The notes below the pieces were generated by a model. The model was not told the DNA's origin. It made no database searches and saw nothing but the letters and a program-made list of their open reading frames with translations. A program made the translations under genes and the position numbers. DNA of 64,000 nt. Source: Ruminococcus sp. Lineage in GTDB: Bacteria > Bacillota > Clostridia > Oscillospirales > Ruminococcaceae. Below, piece by piece: positions 16,239 through 26,267 of the stretch; positions within the stretch are counted from its first letter, which is position 1; each line of letters opens with the position of its first letter. Location of the stretch: the NCBI GenBank assembly GCA_017470535.1, contig JAFUYP010000014.1, positions 7,761-71,760 of the forward strand. The letters are read 5' to 3'.

Positions 16239-16254
16239 TTTATAAAGGACACGG

Positions 16255-17718
16255 TCATCTGGTCTTTTTATGCTCCTGCTTATGCTCATACATCAGCTGG
16301 TCAGCACGCCTGAATACAGCTTCAGCGTTTTCATCTTCGGGTGTGAACTCCGCTATCCCGACAGATGCCGAAAAACGATACCAGTGCTTAACATCCATAT
16401 TCTTTTCAGTCTCGGCAAATCTTTTCTTCATCTGCTCTGTCTTTTCTTCCCTGTCTTTATAATCATTTCCCGTAAGCACCGCTGCGAATTCATCACCGCC
16501 TATGCGGTATACGGGCGAATGCTTGAAGGTCTCACAGAATACCATACAGCAGCCCTTGATATAAATATCGCCCTCGGTATGCCCGTAGGTATCGTTTATC
16601 GTTTTGAGCATATTTATATCAAGCATTACTATTGCAAACTCTGCATCTCCACGGCGTATGCCTTCATTAAGCTCAGTCATCTTATCGGTGTAAGCCTCTT
16701 TATTCCCCACACCCGTAAGTGAATCACGAAATGCCTTCTTGCTGATAGCGCCTATCTCTTTTTCCTTTTTCCGTACAATGTTCTGAGCCATTTCCTTTTC
16801 CCGGGTTATCCTGGTTATGCTGTTGATATGATCTATTATACGGATCTGCATCGACCTTGTTTCTTCGTAAATGTCCCTTATCTCGTCATTGCTTTTGACA
16901 TCGACCGTGATGACCCCGGCTTGCTCATACCCCTTTTCCTCGTCCGGGTCAAAGCGCTTCATGCCCTCTGTCAGCCTGACGAGCGGACTAACGACCGTTT
17001 TGTTTACAAAGACAACTGCGCCTGCAAGGATCACAACTACCAGAACGACAGCTGTGACAGCAAGGTAGATGAAAAAAGTCTTTCTGTCATTCATCACATC
17101 TTCCATATCAAGATCGCATCCGACTGTACATATCAGCTCACCGCTGCTGTCATATACCGGCGCATACGCAGAGCAGAGCCAGCCCCACTCTCCGTCTGAT
17201 ATGGTAGGCTCTATCTCTTGATGAGCGTCAACGTCTATAAATTCCTTTTCACGCTCCTCATACAGACCTGTTTCGTATACAGCGACATCATCTCCGTCAA
17301 GAAGATACATATTATATTTGCTGCCCTTATCTCCCCAGACCACGATATAAAGGTACTTTATATCGGTTATATTATCCATATAGGAGCGGAGCCTGTCCCT
17401 TTCGCTCTCATACTGCTCCCACAGACCCTTTTCTTTAAGGTAAGATATAACAAGCTCCTCATCATCGCTTTCCTCCGCCTTATCCCTCAGCTTCCGGTAC
17501 TCATCGGACAAAACGACCGCCTTGAGCCTTTTGAGATACTCAACATCTGTGAGCGATACATAGTTTTTTGCAGAATCACGGGTGATACGTTTATCAAAGC
17601 GCTCCATCTGCGTCGAGCTTATCATATATGACAGCGCAGCAACGCCCAGAGCTGCAAAAAGCACCACTGCCGCCACAAATATGTACATTTTCTTTTCTAT
17701 CGTAAATCTGTTTTTCAT
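16255..17718 (-). CDS. Membrane sensor diguanylate cyclase (TM-extracellular domain-TM-HAMP-GGDEF)
   Basis: DSLTGVGN, LKTINDTYGH, RIGGDEF, ADQLMY. Confidence 0.92.
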   Translation of the reverse strand: MKNRFTIEKKMYIFVAAVVLFAALGVAALSYMISSTQMERFDKRITRDSAKNYVSLTDVEYLKRLKAVVLSDEYRKLRDKAEESDDEELVISYLKEKGLWEQYESERDRLRSYMDNITDIKYLYIVVWGDKGSKYNMYLLDGDDVAVYETGLYEEREKEFIDVDAHQEIEPTISDGEWGWLCSAYAPVYDSSGELICTVGCDLDMEDVMNDRKTFFIYLAVTAVVLVVVILAGAVVFVNKTVVSPLVRLTEGMKRFDPDEEKGYEQAGVITVDVKSNDEIRDIYEETRSMQIRIIDHINSITRITREKEMAQNIVRKKEKEIGAISKKAFRDSLTGVGNKEAYTDKMTELNEGIRRGDAEFAIVMLDINMLKTINDTYGHTEGDIYIKGCCMVFCETFKHSPVYRIGGDEFAAVLTGNDYKDREEKTEQMKKRFAETEKNMDVKHWYRFSASVGIAEFTPEDENAEAVFRRADQLMYEHKQEHKKTR

Positions 17719-17780
17719 AGTATTTACCCCCCGTCATATCTTCATCAGCCCGGGCTGACAAAATATGATACTATATTATG

Positions 17781-17809
17781 ATTATATCACCCTTTTTGCC
17801 ATTTTACAA
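17781..17809 (-). promoter_or_regulatory. Sigma-A promoter of the GGDEF gene
   Basis: TTGTAA-17 nt-TATAAT with an extended TG. Confidence 0.6.
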
Positions 17810-17921
17810 GTCTATTTCCAATTTTTTCAGCCAAAACCGATCCAAAACAAAAAACACCTGCGAAGAGGTAACGGCAAGTGCGGCGGCGTTGCGGACAACT
17901 GTGTTTTCAAGGTCAGTCCCG

Positions 17922-17950
17922 GCATATCTCCGGATGATCCTGAATACACT
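17922..17950 (+). promoter_or_regulatory. Candidate sigma-E-type promoter for spoIIP
   Basis: GCATAT...AATACACT resembles the sigma-E -35/-10 pattern; 35 nt upstream of the ATG. Confidence 0.4.
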
Positions 17951-17984
17951 GTATTGTAGACAAGTTATCAAGGAGAAGATACAT

Positions 17985-19166
17985 ATGCAACTGAAAAAGA
18001 CCGCAGCATTGTCAGCGGCAGTGCTTTTTACAGCAGTGGGCGTGCCGCTGCTTGTCTGGAATATGGGACAGGCTGCCAGAAAACTCGGCTCACAGGACAA
18101 ATGGCTCTCCCGTGTGGCGTTTGGATCGTATACACTCACGCTCGGGGCTTCACAAAAAGCCGAGCCGTCATCATCGGACGTACCCAAGATGCACATTATC
18201 AGCGGCAGTGCCGGCAGATTTACAGCCAACAACACCACCACGCTCGACATCTTCACCGCCCCCGGAGAAATGGAAAGCTATGGGAGAGAGTTCCCCACTC
18301 CACTGCCGTCGGAGGAGGTGCTGTCCGCTATCCCATATATAAATGACACCTCGGCATCAGACGGTGTTATCACACGCCTGACCTTTGAGGACGGCGATAA
18401 TGAGCAGTTTATCACCCTGCCCGGCGGCTCACAGGTGAGAAACTGCACCGACTACGATAATGACTATCTCCTCTCCATTGCAGGGGATTCCTCAGATATT
18501 GACCTTAGTGCTGCCGATGATGAGCCGCTTGTTCTCATCTACCATACCCACGCCACCGAGAGCTTTGAGCCGGCAGAGCGTGACAGCTACGACAGCGCAT
18601 TCTCCTGCAAGACCACCGAAAGCGATATGAATATAGTATCCGTCGGCAACGAGATATGCCGCACTCTTGAAGAAAACGGCATAAGCGTACTTCACGATAC
18701 ACTGGTACACGACTACCCCAGCTACGATGCGGCATATGACTCCTCACGGCAGACGGTGTCAGAGCTTTTAGAGCAGTATCCCGGCATAAAGATATGCCTT
18801 GACATACACCGTGACGGCATCGAGCGTGAGTCGGGCGAGCGCCTTGCACCCTACTGCGAGATAAACGGCAAAGGTGCGGCACAGATAATGATCATAGCCT
18901 GTGCCGGCGACGGCGAGCTGACCGTCCCCGACCACCTTGAGAATTTCAAATTTGCCTGCGCTTTGCAGGAGCAGATAGAGTCCGACTACCCCGAGCTTTG
19001 CCGACCGATGCTGTTTGACTACCGTTTTTACAATCAGGATCTGTCGCATGGTTCTCTGCTTATAGAGGTAGGCTCTCAGGCAAACTCGATAGACGAGGTA
19101 AGATACACAGGTGCGCTCGTGGGCGAGGAGATAAGCAGGCTCATAAAAAACTCCGCCGGAGATTGA
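17985..19166 (+). CDS. spoIIP: Stage II sporulation protein P
   Basis: LIYHTHATES, LDIHRDG, YNQDL, LIEVG motifs. Start moved to ATG 17985 with an AGGAG RBS. Confidence 0.92.
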   Translation: MQLKKTAALSAAVLFTAVGVPLLVWNMGQAARKLGSQDKWLSRVAFGSYTLTLGASQKAEPSSSDVPKMHIISGSAGRFTANNTTTLDIFTAPGEMESYGREFPTPLPSEEVLSAIPYINDTSASDGVITRLTFEDGDNEQFITLPGGSQVRNCTDYDNDYLLSIAGDSSDIDLSAADDEPLVLIYHTHATESFEPAERDSYDSAFSCKTTESDMNIVSVGNEICRTLEENGISVLHDTLVHDYPSYDAAYDSSRQTVSELLEQYPGIKICLDIHRDGIERESGERLAPYCEINGKGAAQIMIIACAGDGELTVPDHLENFKFACALQEQIESDYPELCRPMLFDYRFYNQDLSHGSLLIEVGSQANSIDEVRYTGALVGEEISRLIKNSAGD

Positions 19167-19182
19167 CCCCGGCGGAGATATA

Positions 19183-20205
19183 TCAGTCATTATTCTTTTT
19201 ATTATCCTTTTCGTCTGCATATTCAGATGTTATTTCCAGATACTCTTCCAGACAAAGCCCTGACTTTTCTACCTTTTTGGCAAGATCGACACCTAAGTAC
19301 CTTATGTGCCACGGCTCGTACTTGAAGCCCGTTATGTCCTCCTTGCCCTTCTTGTAGCGGATAATGAAGCCGTACTTTGTGCAGTTTTTAGCGAGCCACT
19401 TAGCCTCGGGCGTGCCCTCAAAGCTGTCAGATGCGTCATTTATATCCATCGCCAGCCCCGACTGATGCTCCGAATGCCCCGGCTTTGCCGAGAATGTATC
19501 GGTCGTGCGCTCACCGTAGTAATCAACATATCCGTTATACAGATCCGTCTGCGTTTCATACGACCTGAACCCCGAGCAGATAAACAGATATATCCCGTCA
19601 TTCTCCGCATCAAGGCGCATCTTTTCAAATGCTGCCTCAGCCGTCGGGTCAAGCCCCGGGTTGTAGTCCTTCGGGAGCGAATATGTCTTATTGGCTATAA
19701 GTATCCCGTCAACATACGTTATCCCGTCTATTACCTCTATCTTATGCTTGTTTTTATTTTTCTTAGCCTTGGTCTCTTTTACAGATCCATTGTCATTTTC
19801 TTTATCCGCCGTATCCGTCACAGCAGCCTCAGACTGAACGCCAGTCACCTTGACATCGCTCTTTTCAGCTGCCGCAGGACCGTCTGGTACCTTCTCTTTG
19901 GCTATTGCATTACCGCCGCCGAGATCTCTGACTACCTTTATACAGATCACCACCGCAAAGGCGAACAGTACCATGCAGAGCACTGCCTTTATCCGTCTGA
20001 AAAGTGCAGCTTCTTTGGCAGAACGCCGCCTATTCCCTGACGTTTTGCGTCTTGCAGGTCTTGCAATATATACATTATCGCCGTTATTATTGTCACCGAA
20101 ATACAAAGACTCAGTGCTTTTGGTACGTCTATAATCCTCGGCATCCCTGTAATTGCCGGCTGCCACATAATTGCCGGCGCTCCTTGTTCTTTTGTTGTTC
20201 CTCAT
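19183..20205 (-). CDS. M15B-family carboxypeptidase (VanY/LdcB-like), membrane-anchored
   Basis: SGFRS, SEHQSGLAMD, EPWHIRY. The start could instead be GTG 20220. Confidence 0.9.
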   Translation of the reverse strand: MRNNKRTRSAGNYVAAGNYRDAEDYRRTKSTESLYFGDNNNGDNVYIARPARRKTSGNRRRSAKEAALFRRIKAVLCMVLFAFAVVICIKVVRDLGGGNAIAKEKVPDGPAAAEKSDVKVTGVQSEAAVTDTADKENDNGSVKETKAKKNKNKHKIEVIDGITYVDGILIANKTYSLPKDYNPGLDPTAEAAFEKMRLDAENDGIYLFICSGFRSYETQTDLYNGYVDYYGERTTDTFSAKPGHSEHQSGLAMDINDASDSFEGTPEAKWLAKNCTKYGFIIRYKKGKEDITGFKYEPWHIRYLGVDLAKKVEKSGLCLEEYLEITSEYADEKDNKKNND

Positions 20206-20445
20206 TGCGAAAGCGTGCACCCTCCTTTCTGCATATCAAGCGTTGTCAAGTGCTTTTTCTCTGACCAAAAATTTACACTCTTTTTTTGCAATCAAGTTTA
20301 TTATAGCATATTTCTCTTTAAATTGCAATAGCAAAACCTTAAAAATTAATTACAATTTGCGACTATATCCAACTATTTTTATGCTTACATTTACAAAGCG
20401 CCGTTTTTGATATAAATATTTGTGCAAATTGCCACTTATAAACAT

Positions 20446-20474
20446 TTGCATTTTTCAGGAAAATATAGTATAAT
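20446..20474 (+). promoter_or_regulatory. Sigma-A promoter for the mraY-like gene
   Basis: TTGCAT-17 nt-TATAAT. Confidence 0.55.
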
Positions 20475-20548
20475 AAATATATGTATTGTTATTTTTGAAA
20501 AATCAGGAGGTATAATACCCCGACGCAGTACAGGGGTATAGAGTATTT

Positions 20549-21505
20549 ATGCTTTATCATCTTCTAAAAGACTATCCTAATCTTTATTATGTGCTGTTTA
20601 TAGGCGTATGCTTTTTCGGCACGTTCTATGCGCTTTCAGGTCTGAAAAGGCTGCTGCCGAAGGATCAGGGGCGTGAATTTGCCGTAAACGGCGCACTCTC
20701 CGAGGGCAAGCCCCGTGGTGCAGGCATCATCATGATAACGGCATTTGTGCTTTTGTGCGTGCTGTTTATTCCGCTCAATACTGAGCTTGTGATATATCTT
20801 GCACTTATCTACCTTGCTATGATAACCGGCTTCCTTGACGATGCCGCTGAAACTCCCTGGGGGGAGCTCAGAAAGGGCGTGTTTGACCTTGTCATCTCAG
20901 TGGGCATCACGATAACATACTACAACTTCAACGGTTCGACTATATTCTTTTTCAGCTCATCATTCCATATCCCCTCACCGATATTCATTTTCTTAGGGAT
21001 AGTGCTTGTGTGGGCATCTATAAACGTCACCAACTGCTCGGACGGTATCGACGGGCTTTGCGGCAGTATGTCGCTTATATCTATTGCAGGAGCGTACATG
21101 ATACTCAGAAATCTTCTGCTTGACTGGAGGTTTGCAAATATACTTATTTGTATGTGTGCCGTGCTTCTTGCATATCTGTGGTTCAACTGCAAGCCCAGCA
21201 AGCTGCTTATGGGCGATGCAGGCTCAAGGGCTCTTGGCGTTGTGATAGCTGTGGCATTTTTAAAGACCGGGCACCCGTTCATGTTCATAGTAGGGGCGTT
21301 CATGCTTATTCTTGACGGCGGTACCGGGCTTATCAAGCTCTCTGCTATCCGCTATCTGAGAATGAAAAACTTTATGAAAAACATACGCACCCCCATTCAC
21401 GACCATATGAGAAAGAATCTTGAATGGCAGGATACCGAGGTAGTGTTCCGCTTCACGATAGCGCAGGCATTGCTGACAATGCTTGCAGTATATGCGATCT
21501 CTTGA
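20549..21505 (+). CDS. mraY: MraY-family polyprenyl-phosphate transferase
   Basis: GFLDD, NVTNCSDGIDGL, MGDAGS, TPIHDH; about ten TMs. Confidence 0.75.
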   Translation: MLYHLLKDYPNLYYVLFIGVCFFGTFYALSGLKRLLPKDQGREFAVNGALSEGKPRGAGIIMITAFVLLCVLFIPLNTELVIYLALIYLAMITGFLDDAAETPWGELRKGVFDLVISVGITITYYNFNGSTIFFFSSSFHIPSPIFIFLGIVLVWASINVTNCSDGIDGLCGSMSLISIAGAYMILRNLLLDWRFANILICMCAVLLAYLWFNCKPSKLLMGDAGSRALGVVIAVAFLKTGHPFMFIVGAFMLILDGGTGLIKLSAIRYLRMKNFMKNIRTPIHDHMRKNLEWQDTEVVFRFTIAQALLTMLAVYAIS

Positions 21506-21551
21506 GACAACACCGCACGACCACCGGCTGACGCCTTTGCACGGTGTTGCC
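21506..21551. repeat. 46-bp internally deleted copy of the MITE family, inverted orientation
   Basis: The first 34 nt match the reverse complement of the MITE right end at 28 positions; it ends in CGGTGTTGCC and abuts the mraY stop codon. Confidence 0.7.
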
Positions 21552-21589
21552 TTAAATAAAAAGAAGAAACAAAACAAAAGGAGAAGAAA

Positions 21590-22666
21590 TTGAACAAAAA
21601 GACGATAACGTATATTCTTGATGTCGCCTTTATCGCATTTGCCGGTATCATGGTATTCCGGATATTCTTCGGCAATAACGAGATAGGCGGTATCATAGAA
21701 GACTTAAAGCGTGCAGACCCTGTATGGATGATCATCGGGCTTTTCACGATAGTGGCGTTTGTCTGCTGTGAATCCTGGATAATCCACTATATGCTCAGGA
21801 TATATAAGATGAAGATACCGTTCCTGCGGTGTGTGTGCTATTCATTCATAGGGTTTTTCTACTGCTATATAACCCCGTCATCATCGGGTGGTCAGCCTAT
21901 GCAGATATACTATATGAAGCGTGACGGCATAAAGATAGGGTATTCGACCTTTATAACCTGGGTGATAACGATAGCCTTCAAATCAGCACTTGTGATACTG
22001 GGTACGTTTTTCCTGATATTCAAAAGGGATCACTGCGCTGCCGCACTCGGCGACTGGCGCTGGCTGCTGATACTGGGGTATGTACTTAATGTAGGGCTGC
22101 TTGTAATAATGATAATGGTGTTCTTCAAGCCCCTGCTTGCAAAAAAGCTCGGTGTCAGGCTCGTTGACCTGTTTGTCAAAATAAGAATAATCAAAAATCA
22201 GGAAAAATACACCTCAAAGGTGATACGCATCTGCGACAACTACGCTGTCGGCGCTGAGTATGTCAAGAAAAACGTAAAGGTATTTGTAAATGTGATGCTC
22301 ATATCGATCCTTCAGCGTCTGCTCTTGTCATCTATACCATATATAGTTTACAGAGCATACGGTCTGCCGAGAGAGAGCTTCTTTACGATAATAGCCATAC
22401 AGACGGTCATCGGCATTATGGTGGAAATGATGCCGCTGCCCGGTGCTGCCGGCATAACGGAAGCCTGCTTTATGGTACTGTTTGAGGGCATATTCGGGCA
22501 TCTTGTAAAGCCTGCCATGCTGCTGAGCCGTGGCATCAGCTTTTACGCTCTGCTGATAATAGGCGGCGTCGTAACACTCGTTTTCCATATATTCGCCAAA
22601 AGACATCCGACTCCGGAGGAGCTTGAAAGCAAGAACAAAACTGCAATAAGCGGCAGTGAAAAATAA
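21590..22666 (+). CDS. Lysylphosphatidylglycerol synthase TM/flippase-like protein (YbhN/UPF0104)
   Basis: ITPSSSGGQP, PLPGAAGITE, multiple TMs. Confidence 0.88.
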   Translation: MNKKTITYILDVAFIAFAGIMVFRIFFGNNEIGGIIEDLKRADPVWMIIGLFTIVAFVCCESWIIHYMLRIYKMKIPFLRCVCYSFIGFFYCYITPSSSGGQPMQIYYMKRDGIKIGYSTFITWVITIAFKSALVILGTFFLIFKRDHCAAALGDWRWLLILGYVLNVGLLVIMIMVFFKPLLAKKLGVRLVDLFVKIRIIKNQEKYTSKVIRICDNYAVGAEYVKKNVKVFVNVMLISILQRLLLSSIPYIVYRAYGLPRESFFTIIAIQTVIGIMVEMMPLPGAAGITEACFMVLFEGIFGHLVKPAMLLSRGISFYALLIIGGVVTLVFHIFAKRHPTPEELESKNKTAISGSEK

Positions 22667-22680
22667 AAAGAGGGATAAAA

Positions 22681-23313
22681 ATGATAGGATTTTATAACTA
22701 CACCGTAATACTAACCTATATAGGCGTGCTGTCCTCGGTATTCGGTATAACGCAGGTAATGGACGGCAACCGCTCTGTAGCATTCTTATGCCTTGTCATA
22801 TCGGGCATATGTGACCTGTTCGACGGCAAGGTCGCAAGGAGCAAAAAGGACAGGACAGAGCATGAGAAGGTATTCGGAATACAGATAGACTCGCTTTGCG
22901 ACCTTGTATGCTTCGGCGTTCTGCCTGCCTGCATAGGCTACAGCTACGGCAAAAACTACGGTCTTGGCATAGTTTCCGCACTTATGATAGTTTTAGGCGG
23001 CGTTATAAGACTTGGCTACTTCAACGTAATGGAGGAGGAGCGCCAGCGCAACAGTGCCGAGAACAGAAAGGAATACCAGGGACTTCCTATCACGACCACT
23101 TCCATAATACTGCCGCTTCTCTATGTCGGCAGGACCAATGTACCGGCTAATGTTTTCCCTTACGTTTTCCAGGGCTTTATGATACTTGTAGCTATACTCT
23201 TTGTACTTAACATCAGCATCAAAAAGCTCTCAAACAAGGGCATACTTATAATGTTCACACTGGGCGTGCTTATATTCTTAGGCTACATTTCAAGGACGCT
23301 CGGCTGGTTCTGA
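22681..23313 (+). CDS. pssA: CDP-diacylglycerol--serine O-phosphatidyltransferase
   Basis: CDP-alcohol phosphatidyltransferase motif DLFDGKVAR...GIQIDSLCD; lies next to psd. Confidence 0.85.
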   Translation: MIGFYNYTVILTYIGVLSSVFGITQVMDGNRSVAFLCLVISGICDLFDGKVARSKKDRTEHEKVFGIQIDSLCDLVCFGVLPACIGYSYGKNYGLGIVSALMIVLGGVIRLGYFNVMEEERQRNSAENRKEYQGLPITTTSIILPLLYVGRTNVPANVFPYVFQGFMILVAILFVLNISIKKLSNKGILIMFTLGVLIFLGYISRTLGWF

Positions 23314-23329
23314 CAAAGGAGGACACCAT

Positions 23330-24196
23330 ATGAAATACCGTGACAGATTCGGTGCTGAATTTGACGACACCACTTCGCAGGACAAGCTGCTTGACAAGAT
23401 GTATTCGCACGCTGTTTCAAGGGCATTCATCAAGTTTTTATCCCTCCCTGTCTTTTCAAAAATAGGCAGGAAATTCCTTGATTCATCGCTCTCTGCTATG
23501 TTCATAGACAGCTTTGCTGAAAAAAACGGCATAAATATGTTTGACTACGAGCAGCAGAGGTTCCGCTCGTTCAATGAGTTTTTCAAAAGAAAGATAAAGC
23601 CCTCACGCAGATATATACCAAAAGATGATAATATCCTTATCTCCCCCTCTGACGGCAAGGTGAGCGCTTATGAGATAACAGCGTCAAGCACGTTTATAAT
23701 CAAGAATTCAGTTTATACCGTGCAGTCGCTGCTTAGGGACAAAAAGCTCGCAGAGCGCTTTGGCGGCGGCAAAGCGATAGTTATACGCTTAACACCTGAT
23801 GACTACCACAGGTATGTTTACCCCTGCACAGGCAGAAAAAGCCGCAACCGCCATATAAACGGCATATTGCAGACGGTAAACCCGGTAGCTCTCCTGCACG
23901 AGCCGGTGTTCAAGGAAAACACCCGTGAATACTGCCTTATCAGAAGCAAAACGCTCGGCGATATAGCTATGATAGAGGTAGGCGCTTTGTTTGTAGGCAA
24001 GATCTCAAACAATGAGCTTTCAGCTGCAAATGTGTCTGTCGGCGAGGAAAAGGGCTGCTTTGAATTCGGCGGCTCGACTATCGTAGTGCTTACACAAAAG
24101 GGAAAAGTAAATGTAAGCCGTGACCTGCTTGAAAATACCAGAGAAGGCTTTGAAACAAGAGTGCTTCAGGGCGCAGAGCTTGGAAAGGCACAATAA
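23330..24196 (+). CDS. psd: Phosphatidylserine decarboxylase proenzyme
   Basis: FNEFFKRKI, SPSDG, DYHR, FEFGGST self-cleavage site. Confidence 0.92.
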   Translation: MKYRDRFGAEFDDTTSQDKLLDKMYSHAVSRAFIKFLSLPVFSKIGRKFLDSSLSAMFIDSFAEKNGINMFDYEQQRFRSFNEFFKRKIKPSRRYIPKDDNILISPSDGKVSAYEITASSTFIIKNSVYTVQSLLRDKKLAERFGGGKAIVIRLTPDDYHRYVYPCTGRKSRNRHINGILQTVNPVALLHEPVFKENTREYCLIRSKTLGDIAMIEVGALFVGKISNNELSAANVSVGEEKGCFEFGGSTIVVLTQKGKVNVSRDLLENTREGFETRVLQGAELGKAQ

Positions 24197-24222
24197 TACT
24201 CACAGGCAAAGGATATGTTTTA

Positions 24223-26184
24223 ATGTTAAGGATAACCGATTACGAAAGATTTGACAGGGAAAACGCATACGACGGCGATGATCTCGGTGTCACCATAAAA
24301 GACGGCAAGACCGTTTTCAAGACATGGTCGCCGCTTGCTACCGGCGTATATGTAAATCTCTATCTTGACGGCGAGGGCGATAATCTTATCGAATCGCTGC
24401 CGCTCCAGCGCCTTGACAGGGGTGTGTGGTACATAGAGTTCCTGCGTGAAATGGACGGTGTCTTCTACACATTTTCTTATGAGTTCGACCACAAACACAA
24501 AACTGAGACCATTGATATATATGCAAAAGCAGGCGGTGTCAACGGAAACCGTGGCGCTGTCATAGACCTGCGCTCGACTGACCCGGAGGGCTGGGAGAAA
24601 ACGGGCAGGGTAGACTGCAAGTCCCCATGCGATGCTGTTATATATGAATGTCATGTCAGGGATTTTTCAGCCGATATATCAAGCGGCGTTTCCGACTGGG
24701 AAAGGGGCAAGTTCTTAGCCTTCACAAAGTCGGGGACTAAGTGCGGCAGCGTCACCACCTGCCTTGACCACCTTAAAGAATTAGGGATAACACACGTTCA
24801 GCTGCTGCCGATATTCGACTACGCATCTGTTGATGAGAAAAAGCCCTTTACAGCGCAGTACAACTGGGGATATGACCCGAAGAACTATAACTTCCCCGAG
24901 GGCTCATACTCGACAAATGCTGCTGACTGCAAAAGGCGCATAAGAGAATTAAAGCAGCTTATCATGACGCTGCACAGAAACGGCATAGGCGTCATTATGG
25001 ACGTGGTGTACAACCACACCTATTTTACAGAGGAGTCGGCGTTCCACAAGGCATTCCCCTACTACTACCACAGACTCAACGGCAGCGGAAAGTTCTCAAA
25101 CGGCTCGGGCTGCGGCAATGAAACTGCGTCCGATCACGCTATGATGAGAAAATTCATGATAGACTCGCTCAGATACTGGGCGACGGAATACAAGCTCGAC
25201 GGTTTCAGGTTCGACCTTATGGGGCTGCATGACATTGAAACTGTAAATATCATCCGTGATGAGTTAAATAAGATAGACCCACGCATACTTATGTACGGCG
25301 AGGGCTGGACGGGCGGCGAATCGCCGATGCCGTCAGACAAGCTGGCATACAAGTGGAATTCTTATAAATTCGGAAGGGTCGGGCTTTTTAACGACAATAT
25401 AAGAGATTCGATAAAGGGCGGCACCTTCAACCAGTACGACAAGGGGTTCGTGTCGGGCAACTTCAACGCCACATCTGTTGTAAAGCGTGGCATAGTCGGC
25501 TCTGTCCCCCACTGGCAGTTAAAGGACGTAGCAGAAGCCTGCTGGGCGTATGAGCCTACTCAGGCGATAAATTACTGCGAGGCGCACGACAACAACACCC
25601 TCTGGGACAAGCTGTGCATCTGCTCAAAGCACGAATCACCGGTAGAGCGCCGCAAAATGGCTAAGCTCGCAGCGGCACTCACGATACTTTCGCAGGGCGT
25701 GCCGTTCATTCAGCTGGGGCAGGATTTTCTCAGGTCAAAGCCGAGGCTGCTCGCTGAGGGCGAAGAGCCAAACGATATAAACGTATTTGACCACAACAGC
25801 TACAACGCCCCCGACTACACAAACGCCATACGCTGGAACAAGAAGGAAGAGAACATCGACATCTTCAACTACTACAAGGCGCTGATAAGATGCAGGCTCA
25901 ACAACCCTCTTTTCAGGCTGAGCGTAAAGGGCGATGTCGAGCGGTGTCTGAGGTTTTTAGACTCCGGCTACAAAGACCTGTTGATCTACGAGCTTAAAGA
26001 TGAAACAAGCGAGCTGAGGGTATACATAAACCCCTACAACGAGGACAAATACTTTGATATACCCTACGGGCAGTATTACATTCGCCTGAATGAAAACGGC
26101 AAGATGAACAAGTTCCCGATAAACCAGCCGCTCAAAGTACCGGCGATAAGCTGTATCGTTATCAAAAAGCTGAGGAATAAATAG
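24223..26184 (+). CDS. pulA: Type I pullulanase (GH13 with CBM48), no signal peptide
   Basis: YNWGYDP, DVVYNH, GFRFDLMG, YGEGW, EAHDN. Confidence 0.93.
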   Translation: MLRITDYERFDRENAYDGDDLGVTIKDGKTVFKTWSPLATGVYVNLYLDGEGDNLIESLPLQRLDRGVWYIEFLREMDGVFYTFSYEFDHKHKTETIDIYAKAGGVNGNRGAVIDLRSTDPEGWEKTGRVDCKSPCDAVIYECHVRDFSADISSGVSDWERGKFLAFTKSGTKCGSVTTCLDHLKELGITHVQLLPIFDYASVDEKKPFTAQYNWGYDPKNYNFPEGSYSTNAADCKRRIRELKQLIMTLHRNGIGVIMDVVYNHTYFTEESAFHKAFPYYYHRLNGSGKFSNGSGCGNETASDHAMMRKFMIDSLRYWATEYKLDGFRFDLMGLHDIETVNIIRDELNKIDPRILMYGEGWTGGESPMPSDKLAYKWNSYKFGRVGLFNDNIRDSIKGGTFNQYDKGFVSGNFNATSVVKRGIVGSVPHWQLKDVAEACWAYEPTQAINYCEAHDNNTLWDKLCICSKHESPVERRKMAKLAAALTILSQGVPFIQLGQDFLRSKPRLLAEGEEPNDINVFDHNSYNAPDYTNAIRWNKKEENIDIFNYYKALIRCRLNNPLFRLSVKGDVERCLRFLDSGYKDLLIYELKDETSELRVYINPYNEDKYFDIPYGQYYIRLNENGKMNKFPINQPLKVPAISCIVIKKLRNK

Positions 26185-26230
26185 ATATTGCTCCCCCAAC
26201 TAAACCTTGCCAAAAATACTTGACAAAAAT

Positions 26231-26259
26231 AAAAAACCGCCCCGCAGGGCGGCTTTTTT
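26231..26259. terminator. Bidirectional terminator between pulA and xylA
   Basis: A6-CCGCCC-CGCA-GGGCGG-C-T6. Confidence 0.85.
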
Positions 26260-26267
26260 ATTTAATA

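Noticed and set aside
15968-16462. 164-aa ORF spanning the terminator, the MITE and the GGDEF 3' end
   Set aside because: It crosses a terminator hairpin and a palindromic element and has no transposase motif.
17849-17907. Weak inverted repeat upstream of spoIIP with partial similarity to the MITE end
   Set aside because: The match is too short and degenerate to assign.
20505-20549. AGGAGG 38 nt upstream of the mraY ATG with a 7-bp hairpin between them (possible structured RBS)
   Set aside because: Spacing is still about 13 nt after looping out the hairpin, and closer purine-rich tracts could serve as the RBS. Too weak to report.
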